Source: Lama glama (taxonomy: Eukaryota). Taken from it: DNA of 64,000 nt. The stretch lies in assembly GCA_028534125.1 (NCBI GenBank), contig CM052816.1, positions 9,798,001 to 9,862,000 of the forward strand. Reading direction: 5' to 3'. The notes beneath the pieces were generated by a model, which saw only the letters and a list, made by a program, of their open reading frames with translations, did not search any database and was not told the origin of the DNA. This document shows positions 1 to 13,674 of this stretch, piece by piece; position 1 is the stretch's first letter, and the number at the start of each line of letters is the position of its first letter. The position numbers and the translations under genes were made by a program.

Positions 1-890
1 TATCTGTGAATTTCCTCTACTATTTCTGATATTGGTTATTTTTACTCTACATCCCCACTTTTTGGGCAACCATTTTAAAAGAAATGACTTTTGGTTTCAT
101 TGATTTTAGCTATTGTTTTTATCCTTTCAGTTTCACTGATTTTTGGTATTACCTTCATTCTTCTTGCTTTAGATTGTATTTACTTTTTGTTTCCTTTTTA
201 TTTAAATGGGAAACTTAGACTGCTGATTGATATATTTCTTTACTTACACCATTAAATGCTATGCATGTCCCTCTAAGCAGTACTTTGGTGCAACCCATAA
301 ATTTTGATAGAATGTTTTCATATTTCATTCCACTAAAAATTGCTTGAGTCTTCCTCAGTAACCCATGAGTTATTTAGAAACCATGTGTTGTTTAACTTTC
401 AAAGAATTGTGGATTTTTTGAGATATTTTTCAATTGTAGACTTCTAATTTAATTTTTTCTTGGTCAGAGAACATACATTGTGTGATTTCTTTTAAATTTT
501 TTAAGATTAGTTTTATGCCCCATGGTATGGTCTATCTTAGTGTATATGTGTAATTGAAAAAAAATTATGTAATCTGCTGTTGTTGGGTGAAGTGCTCTAT
601 AAATGTCAACTAGGATGATTTATCTGGTGGTGGTGTTCAGATCTTCTGCCCACTTGTTCTGTCAATTACTCAGGGAAGTGTTAACATCTCCAGTTATATT
701 TGTTAATTTAAAAAATTCTTAGAGTTCTATTGATTTTTGCTTAACATATTTTCACGATCTGTTATTAGATTAATATACATCTAGGATTGTTATTAGGTAA
801 AAATGCATCTGTAATTGCCCCCTTTATCATTATGTAATGTTCCTGTTTATCCCTGGTAATACTTCTTGTTCTGAAGTCTGCTTTGTCTGC
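1..890 (-). mobile_element. Old L1 ORF2-region fragment
   Basis: T-rich antisense L1 motifs (ccctctaagcagtacttt...cccataaattttgatag; tggtcagagaacatac); boundaries approximate. Confidence 0.7.
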
Positions 891-1039
891 CATGTGGTTC
901 TTTTAACTGTCAATAAGATTAGGGGAGGGAGAAGTAAACCAAAAGAATTATCCACTTTTCAAGAATGTAGATGAAAAGCTCAGGGCACAGGACAGCCTTT
1001 CCAGCTAGCTAGAAATTATGTTGAAATTGAGTTAATATT

Positions 1040-1300
1040 CTTTATGGCAGAGAGGCTGAATAGAAAAGAACAGATACTCCCAGGTGACAGTACCACTGAG
1101 CTTCATGTTACCAGGAGGTACCAACTGCAGCTCTGTGAGTAAGGCTGTTTTGAAACTTCCACCCACATCAGCACTCCAGCTGACCCCATGTGAAGCAGAA
1201 TTAGTCAACCCCCCATATTGTGAAAACAACAAATTGTTATAATTGCTTTAAGCCACTCAGTTTTGGAGTATTTGCTGTTTAGCAGTAGATCACCAAAGCA
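1040..1300 (+). mobile_element. MaLR (MLT1-type) LTR fragment
   Basis: MLT1 3'-end motif ttgctttaagccactcagttttggagta...gcagtagat. Confidence 0.6.
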
Positions 1301-1899
1301 CGATGGCAGAGTGAAATCAGACCATAGAATTGCTTTCTTCTAAATTTAAACAAAATGAAAAGAGTGTCAAAATTTTTTGTCAGTATCAAAAAAATACATA
1401 GGGTCCAGGTTGCAAAGTACATTGCAAAATTTGAAAATAGGGGGGAAAAATCTGATATGTCAAAACGTAACTTCTAACCTGAAATTTACCCTCAGATGGA
1501 AAATAATGAGATTACAAAACTCTGAAAGTTTTTCACAAGTAAGACTATTTGAAGACTAGGAAGAGGGCATTTTTATTGTTTTCCTCTTCTGATAGCTTGG
1601 AGACTTAAAGAATGAAAAGAGACACCATGAAATGAAAGTTGAAAGAAGTGAATTCAGAAGTTAGATCTAGTCCTCTTTGATGGAAACTTAGACTCCCAAG
1701 TTCCAGACCAAAATGGGGGAATAAATGAATCACTAAGCTATATTTTCCGTGTGCTTAAGATATATTACTGTTCATGACAATTTAAAAGGAGAGAAAGCAG
1801 AGACAGCCAGATTCTTCTGACAAAGGATATATTCTGTCTAGCTGAGCTCTCCTTATTTAATCTCAAACTTCACAGCACCTATTTCTGGTATGAGCCACT

Positions 1900-2790
1900 T
1901 GTTGGATATGTGTTGGAAACATTTTCTCCTAGTTGGTGGCTTACTTTTTACTCTACTAATGGTGTATTTTGATGAACTGATGTTCTTAATTTTAATATTT
2001 CACGGTTCACCATAGTTTGACTTAGGCTTGGTGGAATTTTTTGCCAATTTGAGCAATATTTTCATACACTAAGTTAATGAAGATATATTTCCTTTCAAAA
2101 GATTTTTGAATTATTTTTAATATCAATTTAAATTAAAGATGAGTCAATATTCATATTCTCCCATGTGCATATCCCATGTGTACATGGAAGGATATTCTCT
2201 TTCATGATTTTGCGGTGTCTTTTGTCATTAATCACATAGATTGTATACGTGTGGGTCTGTTTCTGGACTCTAAATTTCATCTCAGTGGTCTCTTTGTCTA
2301 TCTTTGCATCAGTGTATTTTTTAAAATTGTTATTACTTGACAGTAAGTCTTGTTACCTGGTAGTGTAAGCCCTCCATCTTCATTTTTCCTCAGGATTATG
2401 TTGTCTACTCTTTATTCCTATTACATTTCATGCAGATTTGAAAACCACATTGTTATTCTCTCAAAAAAAGATTACCTGTTTTGAGTAATATTATATTGAA
2501 TCTATAAAACAGAGGTGAATGTACCTCATCAAACAGTATTGAATTGTTTGATAAATGAGTATATACTTCCATTTTATTTAGAGTTTTTTTTAAAAAAAAA
2601 TCTTTGATTAATGTCTTGTAATATTCAGGATAGAGATCATACACGCCTTTTTTAGAGTTGTTTTTCCTTATACATTTGCTATTTTTGATATTCTGGGAAA
2701 TACCTTTTTAATGTTTTATTTTCTATTATCCACACATTTAGAATATAATTTCTTATTTTGCATATTGACCTTGTTTTCAGCAAAGTGTCA
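1900..2790 (-). mobile_element. Old degraded L1 fragment(s)
   Basis: gtgtgggtctgtttctggactct and related antisense ORF2 motifs; boundaries approximate. Confidence 0.55.
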
Positions 2791-3750
2791 TTTCAAAAGT
2801 AGCACGTATAGTGTGATCCTGTTTTTATGATATTATTTCCATTGCACTCGATCTATACACTTAGTCACTAGGAGACAGAGAAAGAGGAAGAGTTCAGGAA
2901 AGATGTTCATCTAAGATTAACTACAGTAAGTCCTAGTTGTAATAGTTTGCCTAATATTATTCTTTTAATTAAAATTTGCTTATCCGTGGTTTTTAAGTTC
3001 TTCTTGAAGAGTATATATTACTATTCTAGAGGAAAATAATATTAAAAATTTTAAATTTAAATTGAAGAAAATTATCTACAGCGTAGGTTGTTTTATTTTT
3101 TGCAAGATAGTTTAGATAACAGTGAGCCTGCTGCTAATGCTGGCTGCCTATACAGACCCACACTCCAAGTAATTCCTAATTTTTGTTTGGAAAATGTATA
3201 GTTAACAGTTTGGGTCTTGGAGTTGATTAACTTTCTTTGGGTAAAAAGGATCTAATCAAGAGAAAAAGAAAGGACTTCATAGAATTATAAGAGTAACATT
3301 TAGTTCATGAGAAAGAAACATTTCTCAAGTCTCTCGTCCAATGTGAAACCTAAATAAGAGCTCAGCATGGACTGGGTTGGGAGATCTCACCTTCCTGGGA
3401 AGAAGGAAAATAGAAAAATAACATCAGAAATTGCTGCCAGCTCTCTTCATCTCAAGCTCTCCCCCTTACTTGGATTCAGACATGGGCATTTGTAAGCAGG
3501 CAAAGAAGGACAGCCCTCTTGCTTCTACCTAGGATTTTGCCCCCATTTGTTACTCATCTGGGCATCCCTATTTAAACTTTTTGGAGCTTTACCTCTCCTC
3601 AAAATCAAGTATATGCTATTATTATCACCACTCTAAGTGTTGAGAAATATGTAGCTCACAGAGCATTAGCAGCTTGCCCCAAATCACATCATCGGTATGC
3701 AGTGAGTTGGCCATAGAGCTAGTCAGTTACTGGTTTAAACGGCAGCACTT

Positions 3751-3768
3751 TACTGCCACCTTGTGGGG
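3751..3768 (-). promoter_or_regulatory. Candidate CTCF site CCCCACAAGGTGGCAGTA
   Basis: Close match to the CTCF core; motif only. Confidence 0.45.
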
Positions 3769-4182
3769 AAATAGGGTTTGTTAAAAGTCCTTCAAGAGCT
3801 ATTACGGGTGAAGTTGGGCTTGAGAGTGCCTGTAGCAGATGACACAATAAAATGTTTGTTATCATAACACACACAAGAGAGTTCTTTTTAAAACAGCTCG
3901 TATTTAAATCGTTACAGAATGGAGGCAGAATGATGGCTGGGAGGAGAGAATGGAGGCTGAAGTAATAGTTAATAAGACTATAAAAATAACCCGCTGAAAC
4001 GCGATGAAGACTTGGATTAAGCACATGCTTATGGGTTTAATTTATACTTGAAATAAGAAATATATAGAAATGATATATTGAAATTGAGTTTGAGTGAGAA
4101 AGGGCTCAAGAGTAGTGACTAACTTTCATTAACTCAAAACACATGGAGGAGCCCATTCAGAAAGAAAGAAAATAGAACTCAT

Positions 4183-4310
4183 TATTATTTTTTTTTGGTA
4201 GGGAGAGGTAATTAGATTTATTTATTTTTAGAGAAGACTCTGGGGAGTGAACCCAGGACCTTGTGCATGGTAAGCATGTGCTCTTCTGCTTGTGCTATAC
4301 CCTCCCCCAT
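4183..4310 (-). mobile_element. tRNA-derived SINE, camelid vic-1-like
   Basis: GGGGAGGGTATAGC..GGTCCTGGGTTCA head, A-rich tail, 14-bp TSD AAAATAGAACTCAT (4169-4182, 4311-4324). Confidence 0.85.
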
Positions 4311-5019
4311 AAAATAGAACTCATATTGGACAGACTGATTTTTAAAATTCCGTGAGCCAATTAAATTAATATGTTTGATATCTGATACTAAAAAGATGGA
4401 TACAGTCCCATGATGTGAATTTGTGAGTTGTAGGTAGAGGGGTAATAGAGTAGTTACAGTTATGAGTATGATGATCAAGCAGAGGAAGTGGGATGGGTAG
4501 AGAGAAGGTGGCTGTGACAAAGCCCTGGGACTGAGCAATAATTAGAGGGTGAAAAACAGAGGGAAATACATACATGGATTTCAAAATTCAAAACATCTAC
4601 CAGAGAGGGAGAGCAAGAGAGAGAAAGCAGAGGCAGGGGATGGCAGAGCCAGGAATGCTAAGGGGGCAGCTCCTTTCTTGGCAGTGGGAGGATATGTGTG
4701 CAAATGAGCAGCTTTTAGGGGTTGCACTGAAGAAGGAAGTCTTGCACATGACCTCCCTTCCTTTTTCGAAAATGTCTACTATCAAATGACAGGAAAAAAA
4801 TATTATTATGAAAGTTCTTTTCACTATTGTGTATAGCAAATTTAAGTAAATGTGTTATTCCCCCCTAGAAAAAAATTGTTACAGAGCACAATCTTATCCT
4901 TTGCAATTCTTAGAAAAAGTAAGATAATGGCATTGTACTCTAGTCTAGACTTCAGAAGGTATCAGAGGTAAGCATGGGCACGATGACATGATAAAGATAA
5001 AGCTGATTTCTACTTTCAG

Positions 5020-5930
5020 ATAATACGGAGTAAGAGAAACTAGATATACTTCCTAGCTGAAAAGACGAAAAATCAGACAAAGTAAAGAATGACATGACAT
5101 CAGGCAATGAAGGGTGCTGATTCCGGAGAGTTGAGAAACAAATATGGTGAGCTCTGTGATTGGCTTTGGTTTCTGCCTTGGAAGAGATTCTAGAAATAGG
5201 AAAGAGGAATCCAGATGGAGCAAGTGGATGCCCTGAATTGACTTAGAGCTGAGGGGAAAGGGACCAAGGTGACTATAGTTTGCAGGACCACAGCATTGCA
5301 GAGCATTAGAGAGCTCAGCAGATTACTGATTAGTGCTTGTGTGTGAGGAAACTGCCCAAGGTAAGAAAGAACCTCAGAGAGGATTAGAGACAACAGAGCC
5401 CAGCTCTTATGTAGAGCTGGTCATGGTGCTTGTTCCTATTAGCCAGACTAGAAAACGTTATCACCCCTGGTGCGCTGAGTAGAGTATTCAAAAGACTCTT
5501 GCTTCAGGGAATGAGGATAATTAGCCCACTTAGTGAATACTGTACTGATCCCACCTGACTCTTACAAGCAAAGTTCCAGAGGATCCGATTGTTTCCAAGT
5601 AATTGTGCTATAACTCAGAAGAAAGCTGAAGAGTAATTCTAGAAATACAAAAATATTTAGAACCAAACAAGGTAAAATTCATAAAAATATAATCTATAAT
5701 GAGAAGAGAAGCATCCAACCTAAAATGGACACAGATATTTTAATTAGCAGATAAAGTCATAAAGTTAGTTATCGTAACTATATTCTAGATGTTCAAAAAG
5801 TTAGAAATATGGACGATATAAATCGAACTTGTAGAGATGAAAATTAAAATGTTTGATATGAAAAATCTACTGAATGGTATTAATGGCAGTGATTACTGCA
5901 GAAAAAAAGATTTGTGAACATGAAGTCAAA
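5020..5930 (+). mobile_element. Old L1 5'/ORF1-region fragment
   Basis: A-rich ORF1-like motifs (aatcgaacttgtagagatgaaaat...ttaatggcag); boundaries approximate. Confidence 0.5.
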
Positions 5931-6883
5931 GCAGTGGTGTTGGAAAACAAACTTCCTTGGAGGTTTGCCTGCTCCTGTGTGGCCCATCACTCAGAGTGAT
6001 GGAACCAGGCCTGCTGTAGAGTAGAGAATATCTCATTGTCCCCAGAGCTATTTGCTTTTCATATTCTAACAATGACAGACCAAAGGTGACTGTTTCCTTT
6101 CGATTGGAGCCACGTGTCTTCTCTCTAATGATCATGGTAGTTAATCTCAAAGAGCCAACAGAACGTATAAACAATCTGACCATAGTCTTACAGTCTATTC
6201 AGAGGCAAAAGAGATACTCTTTGCCAATTGGGAGCAAACTGCTGAGGGAGAGAGAGCATGTTAGTGTATATTAGTCTTCTTTCCGTATAAAATGAGTGTG
6301 TGAATATATATTTATATATATTTCATATAATGTGTGTGTATATATATATGAAAGAGAGAGAATATAACCCAAAGAAAAACATGTCCCTATATGTTTCAGA
6401 GGTTAAAATGTGTCAAAAGAACTTAAGAAAAAGACTAGTGACCAATGGGACATTCATGGATACCACTGATATAGACCTCCTTCTATAGAGAAAAGTGGGG
6501 CTGGTGAAAATATGGGGCCCTGCTGATGTAAGCCAGACATGCATAAATGCCTCTGCTTCAAGACTGAGTATAAAAGTGAGGTTGTTTAATGAGGAATTGT
6601 GGAAAGTGAGCAATAGGAATGGCCAGGAAGAGCACAAAGCTCCATAATTCCTATTAATTGATGTTTTAAAAAAAATTCCAGAGGAATAAGGCAGAAATTT
6701 CTGTTGTGTTCCTTGGAAGACAACCTGGAGCCTTTATATAGATTGCTCCACAGTTTACTGTCCCAGTGACCTGATTAAGCCCCATGTTTGTCTTTGAGCT
6801 TTTGTTCAAATGTTCATTTTGTTCTACTTCCAAGACTTGAGACACAGATTTGAGACCCACGTTAAGTGAGACTTGCAGAAAAG

Positions 6884-6889
6884 TTTATT
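6884..6889 (-). terminator. SPINK14 polyA signal
   Basis: AATAAA ~190 nt after the stop. Confidence 0.7.
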
Positions 6890-7080
6890 TATTAGGGAGA
6901 ATATGGAAGGCAGTGAATCAGTGAGGGGAGAGGTAAAGAAGGACTCTTGGGCTGTCTGATACAAGCTCAGCAGGGCAGCTCTCTGTCACTGAGAACAATG
7001 CAAGGAGGGGTGAGTTGCAGAGAAGGATTTTCTTGATGGAAAGAAGCGAAGGCTCTTCTTTTACATCTGAATCCACTCAG

Positions 7081-7126
7081 CTAACATTTTCCATCACGTA
7101 GAAACCTAATTTTCCCCTGAGATTTC
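7081..7126 (-). CDS. SPINK14: SPINK14 exon 4, KSQGKIRFLRDGKC-stop
   Basis: 46 nt, tttag| acceptor, TAG. Confidence 0.93.
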
Positions 7127-10100
7127 CTAAAGGAAGAATTGGAGTAAATACTTCATTAATAGAATGTCAGAGCTCCAGAAATACTTTTAAAATTATCTTA
7201 CCACCCTTACTTTATATTTGAGGAAGTAAGAGCACGAGGGGAACTGACTGCAGATATAAGCCAGGGTACTAGCTTTTCTACCCTGTCCTCCTTCTGTGAT
7301 TCTAAGATGCCACTGAGGATCCTATGACCCCTACTACAGTCTCTTTGAAAATAAGTTATTTAATGAGACCTGAGCTTGTGATAGGTGAGGCTTATCAATC
7401 TTCATCATGTTATGTCAGCACTCTGACACTTTGGCTGAATTCCTCACTAGCGGGGACAGCTTGGGGTTTACACATTCCTGTCATTGCTCTTTGTAAAAAA
7501 TTACAAAATGCTCGTCGGGTAGAGGGGCTCCTGTCTGATGCCATAGGGAGAGATTTTTCTCCTTGGGAACTGCAGGAATCTTGGGTCAACCCTGCAGCCA
7601 CAGTTTTGTGAAAGCTGAGGGTCTAATCACTGATAATCATGTCACGTCAATCCCCAAACTAAACACTGACTCTTAGCTAAAGGACCCACACTTTGTAGTC
7701 ACCTCATCCTAGCTCAGAGTTTCAGACACATAAGAGGTTAAAGATGCCTGAGAGAAGGCAAAACTGCAGTTTGTCTTAAAATCAAAGAATTTCAAGGACT
7801 CAAGGGGTATTTGAAGCCTCAGGTAAAACATCCTCAGTTGGCACACGGGAATGTGAGGACTGAGAGAGAAGAAAGGGCCCGACAGAGAGCACTGAGTACA
7901 GCAAGCCTGCTTTCTCCTCCAGTGGCCTTTGTGTTATTACGTGTTCTCCTGAGTGCGGGCTGATTGTTATCTGAGTGAGCTGGAGCCAATTCCTGGCTTC
8001 AAGGCTGATATACTTGGTAGAAAAGATAGATGGTAATTGCCATGGACTAAGCTTTTTCGTATTTCTCTTCTTTTCCCCCAACAGTACTCACAAGCTCTCA
8101 ACACACAGGATGCAAGGGTTTTCATAGGTTACAAAATTGGTGCCACAGATGGGTTGATACACGCCAGGGCAGGGGTTCGCTGTTCCTCTGAACCAACTCA
8201 AGTCTACTTTCTTATATGGACATTTCACCTGAAATTGAGTTGCAAAGAGTGATCCGATTAGAATCACACTCACAGATGCCTCCGGACTGTATTAGGAAAA
8301 TCTAAATGTGGGATCATATCCCAGTCTGACAAAAGCTCTCTAGCTCCCCCTCCACAAAGCAAGGGAACCAGAGCCTACGTGAGTCCCATCTGCTCACAGC
8401 GTGATGCCCTCGGTGTCAGGACCTCCTGACGGGAGTAGAGAAAGGAGGCCTGCTGTGCTGTCGTGGGAAAAGGAAGAGTGCATAAACAGGATGGATTCGG
8501 GGAATGTGGCTTCTTTCTCTCTCAATTTCCTTCATTCCCAGACTGTTAGACTTGGGGTTAGTCTTAGAGATTTTCTGTGGCAACTCAGCTAAGGAGACTG
8601 AAACCCCAGAATTGGAAAAGAAGTTTCACTGAAATCTGTGTGCCTTAACTTAAAATATTTGTCACATCTTATCTACTCAGAGAGCCTCCAGGCTCTTACC
8701 TTGAAGTTGTGAAATGTAAGAGCATTTAGAATGACACCCTGATTTTGTAGAGAAAACTGAAAACAAAGGAGAGGGGCTGTCTCAGCAGGGGCTGGAACCC
8801 ACGTCTGCTTGCTGTGCTGGGACCAGGGGTGGCTCGGAAGCAGTGACTCTGGGATGACTGAGCTTGAGGACGGCCATCTCAGGGGCTCTATGAGTAGTAC
8901 CATAAGGTGGATAAAGTACCTCTGACAGAAGGTGGGAAAGAGTTTGGGCTGAGTATTTAGAGAAAGAGAGATCATATCTGAGCTGAGAAACTCTTCTTTC
9001 TTCCCTTATCCGACACCACCACCATTTATTTGCCTCCTGTCCATCTGTCACCCAGCAAATCCCTCCTTCCTCTGTTCCTTTATGGCCGCTGTTTTCTATA
9101 ATCATCAACTGAATCATTTTATTCATGTAATTCAGCTCCTTCAAATGCATTTTACTGCACATAAAAAAATTGCTCTTAGTTTGGGCAAAAGGCCCTATGT
9201 GGTCTGTACCCTACCAATTTTTATAACCTTGCCTTTACCACCTTGCTCTTTGCATTTTATAGTTTTTTTCCCCCTTCAGATGCTCCATGCCTCCTCCATC
9301 TCAGGGTCTTCTGGTTTGTCATGACTACTCCCATCAAATGTTTTCTCTTTTTCCTGAACTTAGACTCAATACTGCCTTCAGATTATAACCTACTTTCTCA
9401 GAGGTACTTCTCAAAATACAACCCCAACTTTCCGTTCTTCTTATACTTCTAATCAGTAGGTCATAAAGCATTTGTATAATTATTTGACTAATTCTATACC
9501 CTGAAGGATTATAAGTCCATGCGGATAAAGTCTGTGTCTGATCAGACCAGCCAGCACATGTATCGGCACTTAGTCATTGCCCTGTGAGTATCTGCAAAAT
9601 GAATAAGATAAAAATAGTTCAAAGTAGATGAATGTTGAGTAATCAAATAATAATAATATTAGGTAGTATCGTCTGTAAATACAGCTTTTTTTCCCTCTTT
9701 AGAGTGAGATGTATATTCACCAGGTGGCTAGGATACACATTCATGTGCTGTGTCGCTGTAACGTCAGCTGCACCCTCTCTCCCCCCATCTCGGTGTTCCA
9801 ATCACACAGGCCTTCAGTCAGTGATGCAAGTAGGTGAATGTTCCTCCCTGTTCGCCACCCGGATGGCTCCTTTTCACCCTTCACGTCTCACTTAGATGTT
9901 CCCATGCCCAAGAAGCCTTCGCTGATCACACTGCTGACAGTAGTGTCTCTACTTTCACTCGATACTCTCTGCTGTACCAGCCTGCTTTTCTTTATAGAGT
10001 TTACCATAAATAAGGCGCTCTCTTCCTTTATTCTGGCTATTAAGCTTCATGAGAGAAGGGACTGTGTTTTCCTCAACATTGTATCCTAGGGCACAGTATG

Positions 10101-11985
10101 GGCGATAAGTATTTCTTGGAAAAATAACTAAGAATGAGACTGAAGAGGAAAACCCCAGAGTATAAACCCCAGACAGATTCTACAGGTTCTTTTGCTGGAG
10201 CTGGAGCCTCTGACCAGATTCTACGCTCTGATCTGTGGGTGCCTTCAAGGCCCTCAAAACATCTTTCTCACCAGTCAACTCATGAATGTATTTTTTTAAG
10301 AAATAAAATTTACTAATGAGACAAAATCTTAAAATGCAAATACTCCTAAAGTGAAGTACAGTGATGCAGATCCACATCAAAAAACCAAAACAGTCTTTCA
10401 TTCACCTTTTCCCTCATTTATCAAACATATAATTGACCTCACAATATATTCCGTGATCAGAGGGGTAGGTGAAAAGGAAAAAAGTGTCTTTTTCACTTTG
10501 CCCTCATACAAGTTATGAATAGAATTTGAGGCTCTCTTCAGAGATACCCTGTTCCTTGACATCCTCAAACTGTCTCTCATAGGATGTGTCTGCCATTAAC
10601 AACTCACGTAGGCATTCTCTGCATGTCTCAGGGCAGTTAGGAGCATTCTTTGCACCAAACTGTCAGCCCCTTGAGAGCAGGAACCGTGTTATACCCATGT
10701 CTGTGGGCCTTTAAAAACCTGCCCTGCCCCTGGCAACTGTCAGTGTCCATAAACATTTTCTAGGCACTACTGAGGGTTCCCTGGTTTACCAATGACCAAA
10801 TCTCAGCCTGGGTCCCAGTTAGGATTACGCTACTCTGGGCTTCTATACCTGCAGGGTGCCTGCCACATTCTTGTGAGTGCACCTTGATGAATATCACATA
10901 TGACCTTCTCCCAGTAGGATTCTAAAATAGCAATTCCAAAGACAGCTGAGGTTGGAATCTCATTTCTGGGAAATCTAGAGAAAGATTACCTTAATAATTC
11001 CATTTGGTGGCCACCAGTGTTGAGGGCCTGAAACCATAACAAATGAAAATAGTTACAGAATCTATTATCTGGGAAATCATAGCTTAATCTGTTGGCAAAA
11101 GAAAAGAGTTCCAATATGCTAACAAGAAAGCTTGTAATAATTGAAAACATGGTTTCATTTATATATATATATATATATTCATTCATTCATTTTTTCCAAA
11201 TGTGGAATAACTCTTTTATTCCTGGTAGATAATCAGCAGAGAACTATCTAGACGCATCATTGTTTTCATAAATGTTGCCTGTCCTGTGTACCAAAAATTT
11301 TTTGACTAACAGTAATTAGCCTGGGCTTGAGAGGATTCAGAACCAGCAGCCAGTGTATGAAAGAAATTAAGAAATGCTGGAACTTTCAAGAGATCTTTTA
11401 ACCCAATCCCCATATTTTATGAAATGCCCAAGAATTCATGGCAGATATGGAAAAAAAACAAGTTCTTCAGTTCTTGAAGCTTGGTCTCTTTATAACTCCC
11501 TACATGACTTCTCTTAAAAAAGGATGCAAAAGATAGTAACCCACTCAGATATATGGCAAAGCATTTTTTTAAGTTCTGAATTTTTGAGATGCACTAGAGT
11601 AGAGGCATATTGTCAGTCACTTTCACAAGTTACTCACTAAATCACCAAAGCCCACTCGTCCCCATGAGTCAGGTCTTATTATCTGCATTGACAGATGGGA
11701 AACTAAGGCCCCTGCCCATTGGCCCAGAACCCTCCCCCTGTTTTTTGATCACACTGCATTGTCTCTCTATATAAATGCAGATAAATACATAAAGTGATAC
11801 ACTTAAATAAATTAAAAAAATACATAGATAAGAATTTCAAAGCATTCTCTTTCAGATTATAATGTCAGAGCCCACTGATCAACCTTCCATGCCTACCAAC
11901 AGCCACATTACTCACCAGATGATAACGCCGAATGTGTCAGGATAAAGAAAAAAAGTGAGCAGAGTGCTGGGAAGGATTTGGCCAT
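7081..11985 (-). CDS. SPINK14: SPINK14 (~96 aa); exons 11916-11985, 10990-11027, 8092-8228, 7081-7126
   Basis: MAKSFPALCSLFFFILTHSALSS-GPQHWWPPNGIIK-VKCPYKKVDLSWFRGTANPCPGVYQPICGTNFVTYENPCILCVESL-KSQGKIRFLRDGKC*; HWWPP motif and position after SPINK5. Confidence 0.93.
8092..8228 (-). CDS. SPINK14: SPINK14 exon 3 (Kazal core)
   Basis: 137 nt, tttcag|GTG...TT|gtgagt. Confidence 0.95.
9750..10130. mobile_element. L2 3' fragment
   Basis: taagcttcatgagagaagggactgtgt...gtatcctagggcacagta...ataagtattt. Confidence 0.55.
10990..11027 (-). CDS. SPINK14: SPINK14 exon 2, (G)PQHWWPPNGIIK
   Basis: tttcag|GC...AAG|gtaatc, 38 nt. Confidence 0.82.
11916..11985 (-). CDS. SPINK14: SPINK14 exon 1 (signal peptide)
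   Basis: 70 nt, ATG...TCT G|gtgagt. Confidence 0.92.
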
Positions 11986-13674
11986 TTTTCCTCCTGGCAT
12001 GTCCTTAGAATGATGCTCTGAGCTATTGCTTCAGGCTGTTGCCTTCTGATCCAGTCACCAAAGAGGAGGTAATCAGGAGATTAGACCCCTTTTGAAGTGA
12101 ATACCCATCTCTAGCCTGCCCCTTGTATCCTCCTTCCCTAAGAACAAATGCTCAGGAAAAGTTAAACCTTGGCTAGTCGTAAATAAAAGTGTAGATCTCA
12201 ATGACAGATCTGTGACTACTTAGAAGATAGAAGAAAATCAGAGATTGCTCTTTGGGAATAATTGTATTATTTTAATATGGAGTTATTTTATTTTTTTCTC
12301 AAAAATTTTTTGTTTGAGGGGTTACAAGGGAAATGATGAGGCTGCTGGGGGCTTCTAGACCAGAGCTTCTCAATAGAGGAAGCAGGGCTGCATTTGGTCA
12401 TGAAGCAGAGATTGCCTTTTGAGATTAAGACAAAGGTTTCTGTTACTCCAGGCATACTTGGCTGTGCTGAGAATCTTCTGACTTGGAAAGCTAGACTCTC
12501 TTGGAGCATTCAGAGAGAATGCAAGGGAGAGAAAAAAAAAAACCCCATGCCATCTCACAGGAGTTCCAAAGCTCTTTCATCCAGATGCAGAAAGGACAAT
12601 GTCAGTCAGTGAATCCTTGTAGCAGCCTTTCTGACCCTAAAGAATGGTACATGGCAGTTCCAGGGCCTGACCAAGGACTACATCGAACCCTCCGTATCTT
12701 CCTAACCCTGCAGAAGTGACCTGGTCCTCCCTACGTCTGATAGCGCTTCCCTCTGCTCTGTAGCGTATGTTGATAGGTAATTTACATAACCTTTGCCAAC
12801 ATGTCACGGTGATAGGTGTTAATCGGAGACACTGAAATGTCTCCAGAGTACTCCGCTCTCTAGAGGGGCTGGGGGCTTTTGGCACAATGTCCAGAGCCGT
12901 CTACTCTGATTGCTCCTGAGACAGTCCTGGACTCCATGTTTTTGCTAAACACCCCCCCATCTCTTCCTGGCATCTCTGAATTCCTTCAGGGATGGAGCGT
13001 CACTCATGGAAGATCCAGCTGCACTAGAGCGTAGTGCCAAATGCCCACACTCCCTACAACATGTACCCCCATTGACCCACCTCGGAAAGGAGGAGAGATG
13101 TAATGTCCTCCTTTGTGGCTGGTGCCTCTCCTTTAAGGAGCAGGTGGAAGGGCCTCAAGAGGGGATCGAGCATCTGCGTACGAGAGAGAAGGCACTGATG
13201 CATTGTGTGCTGGGCTGAGCAGGCCCTGGGAGGCCGAATGTGCCGAACGTTTAGGATGAGTCAGAGTCAGACTCAGCAGGAGGTGCTGGGGAAGAGGGCA
13301 TAGAGATGCGTGCAAGACTTGGGGGGTGGGAACGGGTCTCTGCCAGGGCAGCTGCGGACGCCAATCCAAAGAGGCAGCAGCAGAAGAAATATACCACAGT
13401 AGGAAAGAGCAATGATTAGTGCCTTCGGCCACATTGCACAATGTGGAAACAGCTGAGGAAGGGAGGAGGCTGCAATGACAGATGAGGTCCGGGGATGCCA
13501 TTTACAGTGGGCTCAGCCTTGTCTTTGCAGCTTTGTAACACGGAAAATATGTTATCATAGCTGGGTTTCCTCCTGATAGCTGAACTTCCTGCCTCTATCT
13601 TATGTTCTGTAAAAGACAATTCTTCTTCTATCAAGGAAATGCATGTTTACTCTAGAAAATTCGAAAAGCAGAAA

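Noticed and set aside
4235..4308. tRNA gene
   Set aside because: Degenerate tRNA-like head with A-rich tail and TSD, i.e. a SINE.
1..6880. SPINK6 exons, expected after SPINK14 by recalled human synteny
   Set aside because: No recognisable signal or Kazal exon here; probably outside the window.
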